DNA of 64,000 nt. Origin: a virus. Numbering within the stretch: the first letter of the stretch is position 1; each line of letters starts with the position of its first letter. Below, piece after piece: positions 40,826-50,350 of this stretch. The notes below the pieces were generated by a model. That model worked only from the letters and a program-made list of their open reading frames with translations. It searched no databases and was not told where the DNA came from. The position numbers and the translations under genes were made by a program. The DNA is taken from positions 6,253-70,252 of the IMG/VR virus record IMGVR_UViG_3300009184_000041. One strand, 5' to 3'.

Positions 40826-42084
40826 GTGATTACAAATATAACAGTACAAATTTAGTAAAGCCAGTAGCTCTCACAGAACGTGAAGAATTTTTGCTAACAG
40901 ATTCAAAAACATTCTGCATTTATCCATGGATACATCTACACGCTTACCCTACTGGGGAGGCATATCCTTGTTGTCATGCTGAAATGGGCATAGGACAAGT
41001 TGGTAATTGTCGCAAAAATACCTTAGAAAAAATATGGACTGACACTCCCATGCAACAACTGCGTGAGGACATGTTGACAGAAACTCCAAATGCCACTTGT
41101 GGTCGTTGTTACGAGCAAGAACAATCTGGATTCTTTTCGGGCCGTAAAAGTGCTAATAAACATCACGGGCATCACATCAAAAAGTTAGATGAGAATCCGT
41201 TTGAAATGACTTATTGGGATATTCGTTTCAGTAACCTGTGCAATTTAAAATGTCGCAGTTGTGGGCATATATTCAGTAGCCAATGGTACCAAGACCAAGC
41301 ACGATTGGTAGGTGGTAAATGGAAAGAGCAGAACTCAGTATTGAATTATGCAGGACGTACTGAAACTGACATGTGGCAACAGTTAGAAACACACCTGGAT
41401 TATGTAGAGCAGATTTACTTTGCTGGCGGCGAGCCATTGCTGATGGAAGAACATTACCGCATCTTAGAGGAGTTGGTTCGAAGAAAACGCTTTGATGTAC
41501 GATTGATCTACAACACAAACTTCACACACACTGAACTCAAAGGCAAAAGTGTGTTTGAGTACTGGAAACAATTTGATAGTGTAGCAGTAGGTGCAAGCCT
41601 GGACGACTCGGGCACACGAGGCGAATACATTCGCAAAGGCACAGACTGGGCAGTGGTAGAACAGAATCGCAGAGACATGTTGCGTATATGTCCCGAAGTA
41701 GACTTTTATATCAGTCCCACATTAAGCATTATGAATGCATGGCACCTGCCAGACTTTCACCGCAACTGGACAGAACGTGGGTTGATTCGAGCACAAGATC
41801 TAAATGTAAATATCTTGCAAGATCCATTGTATTATAGAATTGACATTGCACCTGCAGAATACAAAGAAGAATTAAGTACAAGATACTTGAATCATATCAT
41901 GTGGTTGCAAGATCAGGATCCATTGGGCCGTGCCACACAAGGATTTGAATCGGCCATTACTTTCATGATGGCCACAGACAACACTCATCTAATAGACACA
42001 TTTTGGCGCAAAACACATGAACTTGATGAGATCAGAAAAGAAAATATCATGGAAGTAATTCCAGAATTGGCAGCACTCAAATGA
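40822..42084 (+). CDS. Radical SAM enzyme with N-terminal Twitch-like domain, copy 3
   Basis: CNLKCRSC, FAGGEP; FCIYPW...PCC...CGRCY. Confidence 0.87.
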   Translation: MSDYKYNSTNLVKPVALTEREEFLLTDSKTFCIYPWIHLHAYPTGEAYPCCHAEMGIGQVGNCRKNTLEKIWTDTPMQQLREDMLTETPNATCGRCYEQEQSGFFSGRKSANKHHGHHIKKLDENPFEMTYWDIRFSNLCNLKCRSCGHIFSSQWYQDQARLVGGKWKEQNSVLNYAGRTETDMWQQLETHLDYVEQIYFAGGEPLLMEEHYRILEELVRRKRFDVRLIYNTNFTHTELKGKSVFEYWKQFDSVAVGASLDDSGTRGEYIRKGTDWAVVEQNRRDMLRICPEVDFYISPTLSIMNAWHLPDFHRNWTERGLIRAQDLNVNILQDPLYYRIDIAPAEYKEELSTRYLNHIMWLQDQDPLGRATQGFESAITFMMATDNTHLIDTFWRKTHELDEIRKENIMEVIPELAALK

Positions 42085-43298
42085 ACATACCACATGACAA
42101 ATTCTGTGTACTGCCTTGGGTCAGCATCGAAGCCTCACCAATAGGTACTGTGCGTCCTTGCTGTCTAGCCGATGATGAAATCCTAGACAATGAGGGCAAC
42201 AAGTTTGAATTGAGTACTGCTGACTTTGCTGATATACAAAACAGTGGCCACATGCGCCGACTACGTGAACAGTTTCTTGCAGGAGAACGTCCACAAACTT
42301 GTCGCAAGTGCTGGAATGAAGAACGTGGCGGTCGCACTAGTAAACGTATGCATACCTTGGATAGACTCAAGCATAGTATTGCAGACACTGAATGGACAGC
42401 GGATGCCAAACCCTTGATGTTTTTGGACTTGAAGCTGGGCAACATTTGCAACTTGAAATGCCGTATATGTGGCTCATGGTCCAGCAGTCAGTTTGCCACA
42501 GAAGAAATCAATCAACTACCACGCGAACAACAAAAGTCAAGTCATGCATACCAAATGTTACGTGCTGGCGCCTGGCCCAGAGAGAACGCTCAGTTCTGGC
42601 AACAGATTGACAGTGTGTTGACAGACATTCACTACATTGAATTCACAGGTGGCGAGCCGTTCATGATTGACGAGCACTTTGACATGTTGCAAGGCATGGT
42701 TGATCGTGGTATTGCACACCAGGTTGAAATACACTACAACACCAATGGCACACAATATCCTGCCAGAGGCGAAGCAATTTGGCGGCACTTTAAAACTGTA
42801 GAAATTGCATTCAGTATTGATGACATTGGTAGCCGATTTGAATATCAACGTAGCAATGCCAATTGGCAGGAAGTCTGCGCAAATCTAGATCGTTTTAGAG
42901 ATCTCAAAGAATGCCACAAAAACATAGTGCTTCAAATTTGCACCACAGTGAACGTGTTCAATGTGCGTTACCTAGATCAAGTGGCCCAATGGATTGATCA
43001 AAATAAAGAAAGTTTTAATTTTGTGTATTGGAACATGATGCACGATGCATGGTATTTTAGTATTGCCACACTGCCTGACACAGCCAAGGCTGCGATTACC
43101 AAACATCTACGCTCAGCAGATGTACCACCACAATACCGTGAGGAGTTTGATCGTATTGTGGACTTTATGAACACTGGTGCGTCAACAGATGGTTTCATGT
43201 TGCGTATGAAGATTGCAGACCTAGATCGCAAGCGCAATCAAAACATGTGTGATGTGGCTCCCGAATTGGCCTCTCTAATAGATTATGTTAAAACGTAA
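42081..43298 (+). CDS. Radical SAM enzyme with N-terminal Twitch-like domain, copy 4
   Basis: CNLKCRIC, FTGGEP, YNTNG; FCVLPW...PCC...CRKCW. Confidence 0.87.
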   Translation: MNIPHDKFCVLPWVSIEASPIGTVRPCCLADDEILDNEGNKFELSTADFADIQNSGHMRRLREQFLAGERPQTCRKCWNEERGGRTSKRMHTLDRLKHSIADTEWTADAKPLMFLDLKLGNICNLKCRICGSWSSSQFATEEINQLPREQQKSSHAYQMLRAGAWPRENAQFWQQIDSVLTDIHYIEFTGGEPFMIDEHFDMLQGMVDRGIAHQVEIHYNTNGTQYPARGEAIWRHFKTVEIAFSIDDIGSRFEYQRSNANWQEVCANLDRFRDLKECHKNIVLQICTTVNVFNVRYLDQVAQWIDQNKESFNFVYWNMMHDAWYFSIATLPDTAKAAITKHLRSADVPPQYREEFDRIVDFMNTGASTDGFMLRMKIADLDRKRNQNMCDVAPELASLIDYVKT

Positions 43299-43332
43299 AC
43301 TGATTTATTGTAACAGGAATTGAAAAGATATT

Positions 43333-44298
43333 ATGAAACAGGTATTAGTGTGTGGTGCAGGTGGGTTTATAGGCAGCCATCTTGTGCGCAGTCTAAAAGC
43401 ACAAGGGCACTATGTGATCGGTGCTGACCTCAAACTACCGGAGTTTAGTACAACTGCGGCAGATGAGTTCTATCAAGTTGATTTACGCAATCAACAACAA
43501 GTCACCAAGTTGATTACGCCCAACATGGATGAAATATATCAATTGGCTGCAGACATGGGCGGCGCTGGATTTGTGTTTGTAGGTAACAATGACGCAGACA
43601 TCATGCACAACAGTGCCCTAATCAATTTAAATATCCTGCACGAGATTGCATTTAAAAAGACTCCCAAGATCTTTTACAGTAGTAGTGCTTGCGTCTACCC
43701 AGAACACAATCAACTGGATGCCAATGATCCGTTGACCGCAGAAGCCAGTGCATATCCTGCTGACCCTGACAGTGAATATGGTTGGGAAAAATTATTCAGT
43801 GAGCGACTGTATCAAGCATTTGCCAGAAACTACGGTATAGATGTACGCATAGCTAGACTGCACAATGTGTTTGGTCCCGAAAGTACTTGGCAGGGCGGTA
43901 GAGAAAAAGCACCTGCTGCCTTGTGTCGCAAAGTGGCTGAGAGTCAAGGCACAGTAGAAGTCTGGGGCCCAGGCACACAAACACGCAGTTTCATGTACAT
44001 TGATGATTGTATTGAAGGTATACACCGACTCATGGCCAGCGATTATTCCCAACCTATCAACATAGGTTCTAACAGAATGATATCTATTAATAATCTGGTA
44101 CAGTTAATCAGTAACATAGTCCGCAAGCCGGTGTCTATTAGCAACATACCTGGGCCCATGGGTGTGATGGGACGCACTAGCGACAACACACTTATCCGTC
44201 AAGTATTGAACTGGGCACCACCAGACAATCTTGAATCTGGACTAGAAAAAACTTACCGCTGGATTGAGTCAGAACTTGCGGCTTCAATTGCTTTATGA
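43333..44298 (+). CDS. NAD-dependent epimerase, GDP-mannose 3,5-epimerase-like
   Basis: GAGGFIG, QLAADMGGAGF, SSSACVYP, YGWEK, GGREKAPAALCRKV. Confidence 0.85.
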   Translation: MKQVLVCGAGGFIGSHLVRSLKAQGHYVIGADLKLPEFSTTAADEFYQVDLRNQQQVTKLITPNMDEIYQLAADMGGAGFVFVGNNDADIMHNSALINLNILHEIAFKKTPKIFYSSSACVYPEHNQLDANDPLTAEASAYPADPDSEYGWEKLFSERLYQAFARNYGIDVRIARLHNVFGPESTWQGGREKAPAALCRKVAESQGTVEVWGPGTQTRSFMYIDDCIEGIHRLMASDYSQPINIGSNRMISINNLVQLISNIVRKPVSISNIPGPMGVMGRTSDNTLIRQVLNWAPPDNLESGLEKTYRWIESELAASIAL

Positions 44299-45236
44299 AC
44301 AAACTCAAATTGTTGTCTTGGAAAGATGCCCAACCGACATTTTATCAACTGTATTGGCAATCATCTCTAAATCCCTATTTTGATTTAGTCTGGTTAGATG
44401 ATCAACCGACTGGACATAGCTCTAAAAATAGCATAGTAATAATACGTCCATATATTGATGGCTGGCAAGAAAAAATAACACAATATCAGGCACAAGGGTT
44501 CAAAGTGATTCTTGAAGATTTGTGGGAACTCCCAATTGATAGTATCATAGATAATAACGTGTTAACCTTGAGATCTAAAAATTTTTTTAGAATAAATGAA
44601 AGTTTATGGTGGCATTATTTAAATTTTGATCAATATGTTCCTACCGGGCAAAAGTCAAAGAAGTTTTTGTTGTTGATGCGAATGAGAAAGACTCACAGAG
44701 ATCGTGTATACAGAAATCTAAATTCAATTTTAGATCAAAGTGTTTACAGTTATGTTGATAGAGGAAAAACACTAGCATCTGACATTGCAGAGACCAATCC
44801 AAATTGGCAACGCCATTTTGATCCTGCTTGGTATGACTCTACGTATTTTAGCGTAGTAGCTGAAACATTAATGCAAACGCCAACTTTTGTTACGGAAAAA
44901 ACTTACAAACCAATAGCATATTATCACCCATTTGTAGTGGTTGGCTCAGCAGGTACATTGGCTCATGTTCGTGATCAAGGGTTCGAAACGTTTAGTCATA
45001 TAATTGATGAAAGTTATGATTTTGAACAAGACAATACTCAGAGGTTGATGCAAGTGTGTGATATTGTGTTTGATCTAACAAAACAACTAGAAAAAAATTC
45101 AATGCTGTTTCAAGATTCATTAACACAGCAAAAACTTCAACACAATCACAATACATTTTTTAATCGCAGCCTAGTAGAAAAATTGTTTTGTGATGATATA
45201 CTAACACAAATTTTAAACTTTGTTGAGGCACCATGA
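44295..45236 (+). CDS. GT10-like (TEKTxKP family) putative glycosyltransferase, copy 3
   Basis: FLLLMR...HR...WYDSTYFSVVAET...FVTEKTYKPIAYYHPF...GFETFSHIIDESYD; AT-rich. Confidence 0.55.
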   Translation: MNKLKLLSWKDAQPTFYQLYWQSSLNPYFDLVWLDDQPTGHSSKNSIVIIRPYIDGWQEKITQYQAQGFKVILEDLWELPIDSIIDNNVLTLRSKNFFRINESLWWHYLNFDQYVPTGQKSKKFLLLMRMRKTHRDRVYRNLNSILDQSVYSYVDRGKTLASDIAETNPNWQRHFDPAWYDSTYFSVVAETLMQTPTFVTEKTYKPIAYYHPFVVVGSAGTLAHVRDQGFETFSHIIDESYDFEQDNTQRLMQVCDIVFDLTKQLEKNSMLFQDSLTQQKLQHNHNTFFNRSLVEKLFCDDILTQILNFVEAP

Positions 45237-46510
45237 GTCTATGCATGGCACCTTGGGTGCATACTTACTTGAGTCCACAAACAGAACGGCGCATGTGTTG
45301 TGCGTCACGAGAACCTGCACAAAACTTTGAGCAGTATATAGACACAGCCGCAGGCTCTGGTGAATACCGTCCCATCACACTAGAACAACACTGGAACTCG
45401 CCACACATGATGAGTGTGCGCAGTAGAATGATGGCCGGCGAAACGCTACCCGAGTGCGAAGTATGCAATGACAAACTGTTAAACACTGACGTTTACCGCA
45501 CATATTTTTGGCAGTTGTTCAAACATAAGTATCCTGACATCTGGGAAACCACCGACACAGCAGGTCGCACCACAATGCAACCTGTGAGTTGGGATTATAG
45601 ATTTTCAAACTTGTGCAATTTCAAATGTCGTACCTGCGGTGACATGTTGAGTAGTGCATGGGAAACAGAACAAAAGCAGCACAACATGGTTGACTGGTCT
45701 AATCCCAAAAATGCCTGGATGAGGCCTGAAGTGCGTCGAAACATAAGTGCATTTCAAGACAGTCAAATTGAGGCGGAGTTTGCCGAGGCAGTGGAACAGC
45801 ATCGTGTTGAAGAAGTATACTGGGTAGGTGGCGAGCCCTTGATGTACGAACAACATTGGCGTTACATGCGCCGCATAGTTGAATTAGGGGATGGACCAAG
45901 AGTATATGCTAGATACAATACAAATTTATCCAGAGTGGATTATCGAGGTATTAACTTATATCGCGATATTCTCAGTGGGCTGCGTGATTGGCAGATATGC
46001 GCAAGCCTCGACGGTACAGGCGCGATTGGCGAATACATTAGAACAGGCCTTGACTATGATCAATGGCTTGACAATTTTGGTGCGGCAGTTGCGATCCAAC
46101 GTAACAGACGTCAAGTACGAATTGACTTTACGCTCACTCTGCCCGGAATGTTCGAAGTTACACGCATTAGACAACTTGCCCACGAATTCGGAGTCGAAGT
46201 CCTTGCTAAAGTAATATTCTCATTCACGCCAGACATTGTGATGAGCCCATTGGCCTTGCCTAGACATCTATTAGACCCTTGGATAGATGAACTAGTGCTC
46301 CAAGTAGACGGTGCATTGCGAGATATCCTTGTGCAGTTAAAGACACGCCCTACTTTTGAAGAACAATGGCCCAATCAGTATGCAAAAGGCCTTGCAAAAG
46401 GTCGGGCTCGTGTGTTACAATTAGAAAGCATACGCACACAGTCAATCACAATGGAACAAATACTTGCTGATCGTCCCGCGGTGCTAGAATGGTGGAACAA
46501 CATTGCTTGA
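45233..46510 (+). CDS. Radical SAM enzyme with N-terminal Twitch-like domain, copy 5
   Basis: CNFKCRTC, VGGEP, YNTN; LCMAPW...MCC...CEVC. Confidence 0.87.
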   Translation: MSLCMAPWVHTYLSPQTERRMCCASREPAQNFEQYIDTAAGSGEYRPITLEQHWNSPHMMSVRSRMMAGETLPECEVCNDKLLNTDVYRTYFWQLFKHKYPDIWETTDTAGRTTMQPVSWDYRFSNLCNFKCRTCGDMLSSAWETEQKQHNMVDWSNPKNAWMRPEVRRNISAFQDSQIEAEFAEAVEQHRVEEVYWVGGEPLMYEQHWRYMRRIVELGDGPRVYARYNTNLSRVDYRGINLYRDILSGLRDWQICASLDGTGAIGEYIRTGLDYDQWLDNFGAAVAIQRNRRQVRIDFTLTLPGMFEVTRIRQLAHEFGVEVLAKVIFSFTPDIVMSPLALPRHLLDPWIDELVLQVDGALRDILVQLKTRPTFEEQWPNQYAKGLAKGRARVLQLESIRTQSITMEQILADRPAVLEWWNNIA

Positions 46511-47528
46511 TAGAATTGAAATAGATCTGCGTGGCGCAGATAATCTAACGCTGTATATAGATGTCATAGACAACAGCCTCAGTCGCAAATGGCTGGCGGC
46601 ATTGAACAACATCTTGCGTAGTGATTTACACCTAGAAAAGAATTATTGCTGGTTGGGTTGGACCGAAAGCGAACGTACAGCTGAGTACATAATAGATCAA
46701 ATCAACCACAGTATTCAACACATCAACTCAGCCAATATAGGTTACACCATTGACGATCATTTCACAGTAGAAAGCACAATACAAGACAATTTGGATGTGG
46801 ATCATGAGCGCATGAATCGGTTGCATCGGTACTTTGAAGATCTACAAGGGCATTCGGGACACATGAGCTCCTATTGGCAACGTGCAGATGCTGCCACACG
46901 CTGGCACATACGTCAACTCAATTTGCTGTGTCATGAATACGAAAGTCTTGTGTTGAGCATGCGCAAAGTTGTACAAGCGCCCGAATGGCGTAGACCCAGT
47001 CAACTCATGTGCTGGCTCGATGCACCGCGATTTGCGTTAGACACAGAAGATTATGAACTGTTTGGCATAGACACACTCAACAGAAACATGGGCGGAGTTT
47101 ATGTAGGAGTCAACAAAGCAGTGAGCAAAGCACACTGGGAAGTGTTCAATGATGAAGGCCGCAGTGTAGATGAGTTAATAACCACCAGCCTACGTAATCA
47201 AACTGAAGCCGCTGGAGACTTTGACATAGAGTGGGCTAGAGATCCCGGTGCATATCATTGGCAAATTAAAAAACTAGCAGACTTTCGTGCATGGTTGACC
47301 AACAACGGGTTTGATCCCGAAGACCGGAGTCTTACCATTGGACATCCAAAAGTAGCACAGGTTAATTTGACAAAGAGTTTTGGCACACTGGATTACAATC
47401 AAGTTTGGCAACAGATTGCCGCTGGTCTTGATGTGTATAAAATACGGACCAGTGATGCTGAGGCTACATATGAATATCGTTGGAGCGATGCAGACTATGC
47501 TGAACAGCAAATAAGGAGATTGGGATGA
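46503..47528 (+). CDS. Hypothetical protein (341 aa)
   Basis: Overlap-coupled ORF with motifs LHRYFE and LNLLCHEYES; no family recognised. Confidence 0.65.
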   Translation: MLDRIEIDLRGADNLTLYIDVIDNSLSRKWLAALNNILRSDLHLEKNYCWLGWTESERTAEYIIDQINHSIQHINSANIGYTIDDHFTVESTIQDNLDVDHERMNRLHRYFEDLQGHSGHMSSYWQRADAATRWHIRQLNLLCHEYESLVLSMRKVVQAPEWRRPSQLMCWLDAPRFALDTEDYELFGIDTLNRNMGGVYVGVNKAVSKAHWEVFNDEGRSVDELITTSLRNQTEAAGDFDIEWARDPGAYHWQIKKLADFRAWLTNNGFDPEDRSLTIGHPKVAQVNLTKSFGTLDYNQVWQQIAAGLDVYKIRTSDAEATYEYRWSDADYAEQQIRRLG

Positions 47529-47626
47529 ATTGGATACGCAGACTTTGGGCAAGAATCACACTGGAAATTCGTTATCGTAAAAAATTAAAAGAACTTCGCA
47601 AACGAGATCCGTTTATCTACAAATGA
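47525..47626 (+). CDS. 33-aa basic micropeptide ending DPFIYK (SxtK/DUF5989-like), missing from the ORF track
   Basis: MNWIRRLWARITLEIRYRKKLKELRKRDPFIYK*; ATGA overlaps at both ends; AGGAG SD upstream. Confidence 0.7.
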   Translation: MNWIRRLWARITLEIRYRKKLKELRKRDPFIYK

Positions 47627-49098
47627 ATATATTAGGTATCAGTGCCGGCTATCATGATGCCGCTGCCTCTGTTGTAAACACTCAGGGCGATATATTGTTT
47701 GCTGGCCATGCAGAACGCTACAGCAAACGCAAAAACGATGCCGAACTATGCAATGGCCTGCTAGACGATGTGTTAGAGTATGCTCCAGACGTAGTCGCAT
47801 ATTATGAACGTCCCTGGGCCAAACAACTACGCAGACTCTACAGTGGCGAAGGTATACAGTGGAATAAACTAACTGTTCGACAAGTTTTAAAAGGTGTAAC
47901 TGACTGGATTGAACCTGACAAGATTGTTAGTTACAATCATCATCTCAGCCATGCAGCTGGTGGCTTTCAAACAAGTCCATATGATCGCGCCACTGTGGTG
48001 GTAATAGATGCTATAGGTGAGTGGGACACAATCACAATCTGGGGAGCAGAGTATGACAAGCAAGGACGAGCACAGTACCGGCGACTGTGGGCACAACGAT
48101 ACCCTCACAGCCTGGGTCTCTTTTATAGTGCAATTACTAAGCGTGTGGGCCTACACCCACTAGATGAAGAATACATTACCATGGGCATGGCTGCGTATGG
48201 TAGTGATCATTACAATCATGTGATGGAAGCAGTGTTGATTCGTGACCCATACGAAATAGAGTTTGGTCAAAACTTACACGCCGGAGTCAACGACACATTC
48301 ATGGGTGGTCTAGACGATGCGGACATTGCTGCCAGTGCTCAACGATTGTTAACACGTTTGATAGGCAATGTCATGCGTAGGGCCAGAGACTTTGGATGGT
48401 CAACAAATCTTGTGTATCAAGGTGGTGTTGCACTCAACTGCGTGGCCAATAGACAACTAGGAAAATATTTTGAAAACATCTGGATCATGCCCAACCCTGG
48501 AGACGCAGGGTCAAGTCTCGGAGCCGCTGCCCTTGCGTATGGTAAACGTTTGCATTGGCACAATGCGTACCTTGGTCACGATATCGCTGGCACTTATCCT
48601 GTTGATCGTATTGTCAGTACTTTACTTGGTACTGGCATTGTTGGAGTGGCCTCTGGCAAAGCTGAATTTGGTCCCAGAGCACTGGGTAACCGAAGCCTAC
48701 TCGCCGACCCGCGTGGCGCAGAAATCAAAGACCGAGTAAATGAAATCAAACGCAGACAAAAGTTTAGACCCTTCGCCCCTGTCATACTGGCTGAGATGGC
48801 TGATGACTATTTTTACATGCAGCCTGGCTGGCATACTCACAGTTATATGCAGTCAGTCGCTGGTTGCCGCCAACCTGATGTTTACCCTGCTATATGTCAT
48901 GTTGATGGCACCAGTAGAGTACAAACGGTGGCGAAAGATGGATCAGGAATAAGACAGTTGTTGGAAGCATGGTATGCTCGAACAGGTTGTCCCATGTTGC
49001 TCAACACCAGTCTCAACATACGCGGTGAACCCATGGTCAACGATCGTGCAGACGCTGATCGTTTTGAAACACAGTATGGTGTAAAAGTCTTGTCATGA
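47623..49098 (+). CDS. O-carbamoyltransferase (NodU/CmcH/TobZ family)
   Basis: GISAGYHDAAA, ERYSKRKND, HHLSHAA, GGVALN, GDAG, EFGPRALGNRS, FRPFAP, HVDGTSRVQTV, LNTSLN. Confidence 0.92.
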   Translation: MNILGISAGYHDAAASVVNTQGDILFAGHAERYSKRKNDAELCNGLLDDVLEYAPDVVAYYERPWAKQLRRLYSGEGIQWNKLTVRQVLKGVTDWIEPDKIVSYNHHLSHAAGGFQTSPYDRATVVVIDAIGEWDTITIWGAEYDKQGRAQYRRLWAQRYPHSLGLFYSAITKRVGLHPLDEEYITMGMAAYGSDHYNHVMEAVLIRDPYEIEFGQNLHAGVNDTFMGGLDDADIAASAQRLLTRLIGNVMRRARDFGWSTNLVYQGGVALNCVANRQLGKYFENIWIMPNPGDAGSSLGAAALAYGKRLHWHNAYLGHDIAGTYPVDRIVSTLLGTGIVGVASGKAEFGPRALGNRSLLADPRGAEIKDRVNEIKRRQKFRPFAPVILAEMADDYFYMQPGWHTHSYMQSVAGCRQPDVYPAICHVDGTSRVQTVAKDGSGIRQLLEAWYARTGCPMLLNTSLNIRGEPMVNDRADADRFETQYGVKVLS

Positions 49099-49322
49099 AA
49101 TCAGCAAAACAACATCTAAAAGATTCGCAAATGGGCTACTGGACTCATCTGGCACACAGCTTTCGACAAAGCAATAGGCTGATAGCCATTGCTGTCAAAA
49201 GTTACATACATGGCATATTGCCTTGGTTCTTTGCCAACCGTGGACCTGTGGGGGTGTTCAAGATCTACAGAGAGATCCGTAACCAGCGCCACATTAGAAA
49301 AATACTAGACGGTCAAAGGTAA
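49095..49322 (+). CDS. Small protein, DUF6356-like
   Basis: HL....MGYWTHL...........SYIHGILPWFF pattern. Confidence 0.55.
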   Translation: MKSAKQHLKDSQMGYWTHLAHSFRQSNRLIAIAVKSYIHGILPWFFANRGPVGVFKIYREIRNQRHIRKILDGQR

Positions 49323-50350
49323 GTTTCTAATCCGCCCTGGCGTCGGATGTCTTGGGTGCAACAACTGATACCACCATCCCAGAAGTAACTGTGTCGCAGT
49401 TCACTAATGATGGGTTCTATACGATGCCGACGGCAGTAGTCAAACACTTCTCGATTGTAGGCACTGAAGATCACATGCGACTCGTCCAACACCAGGCAGT
49501 TGACATCAAACACAGTCTCAGCAACAAAACCAGTCCACTTGGTCAAATAAGTGTTCACAAAGTCTGTGAACTCGGGTGTGGGAGTTTGTCCTTGCACATA
49601 CCAAGCACCTGGTGATTGTTCATACTTGAACTTGCCAACTTCCATGGCAGCCCATATTGAACTATCCCATATCTTGCAAACATCCCAACCAGGAAAGTCC
49701 CCTGCCAAGTTCAAGTTTACATCGTGTTTGCTTGACAACAGAACGCCTGGCTTGAGAATAGCAAACACAGCATCACCGTGTCCGTCTGTGATGGCTTCGT
49801 GTATTCTATATTCAGGACCTAACACATTGTCCACAATCCAACGAGTTTGATCCGGACGCAAGAAGTCTGAATTGTCAAAAAATACATCACGGCCCACACG
49901 CACAATACAACTTGCCGAAGCACCGTTTAAGATGCAGTTCTCATCCCAGCCTGTGGGACCATGTGGATTGATTACTGTGCCACCAGATTGTGAATATTCT
50001 GTGCATAAATCATCAAGTTCCGGCATGGCCAGCACACGCAACAATTTGTCACCCAGTGTTATCTGCCAGTCTCGTGGGGTCAGTGGCGGCAGTGGCGCAC
50101 CACTGCCCTTCATTTGATCACGCTGAAAATTGTGTTTGTCGGGCAAGTCAGGTCTACGCACCCGAGCACCATAAGTCTCAATGGTCTTTTGCAAGTTGGC
50201 AAGGTCTTCTTCTGTTTCAGCAAGAATCTGCTGTAGTTGATTGCGCACTTGTGCGTTTTCAATAAAGTCAAAATAGTCTGGTGTGTATGCACGGCCCACA
50301 ATGACTTCTTCCAGTGGTTGCCAACTTGTGTATGAGTTAATGGGATTCAT
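49313..50350 (-). CDS. Amidinotransferase (glycine / inosamine-phosphate amidinotransferase family), copy 1
   Basis: NSYTSWQPLEEVIVG, PRD, GHGD, DGGISCCT: the catalytic Asp/His/Cys pattern of the pentein fold. Confidence 0.85.
   Translation of the reverse strand: MNPINSYTSWQPLEEVIVGRAYTPDYFDFIENAQVRNQLQQILAETEEDLANLQKTIETYGARVRRPDLPDKHNFQRDQMKGSGAPLPPLTPRDWQITLGDKLLRVLAMPELDDLCTEYSQSGGTVINPHGPTGWDENCILNGASASCIVRVGRDVFFDNSDFLRPDQTRWIVDNVLGPEYRIHEAITDGHGDAVFAILKPGVLLSSKHDVNLNLAGDFPGWDVCKIWDSSIWAAMEVGKFKYEQSPGAWYVQGQTPTPEFTDFVNTYLTKWTGFVAETVFDVNCLVLDESHVIFSAYNREVFDYCRRHRIEPIISELRHSYFWDGGISCCTQDIRRQGGLETYL

Noticed and set aside
36372-46510. RiPP maturase interpretation of the rSAM array
   Set aside because: No RRE/PqqD domain, protease, transporter or convincing precursor; neighbours are sugar enzymes. 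Not formally excluded.
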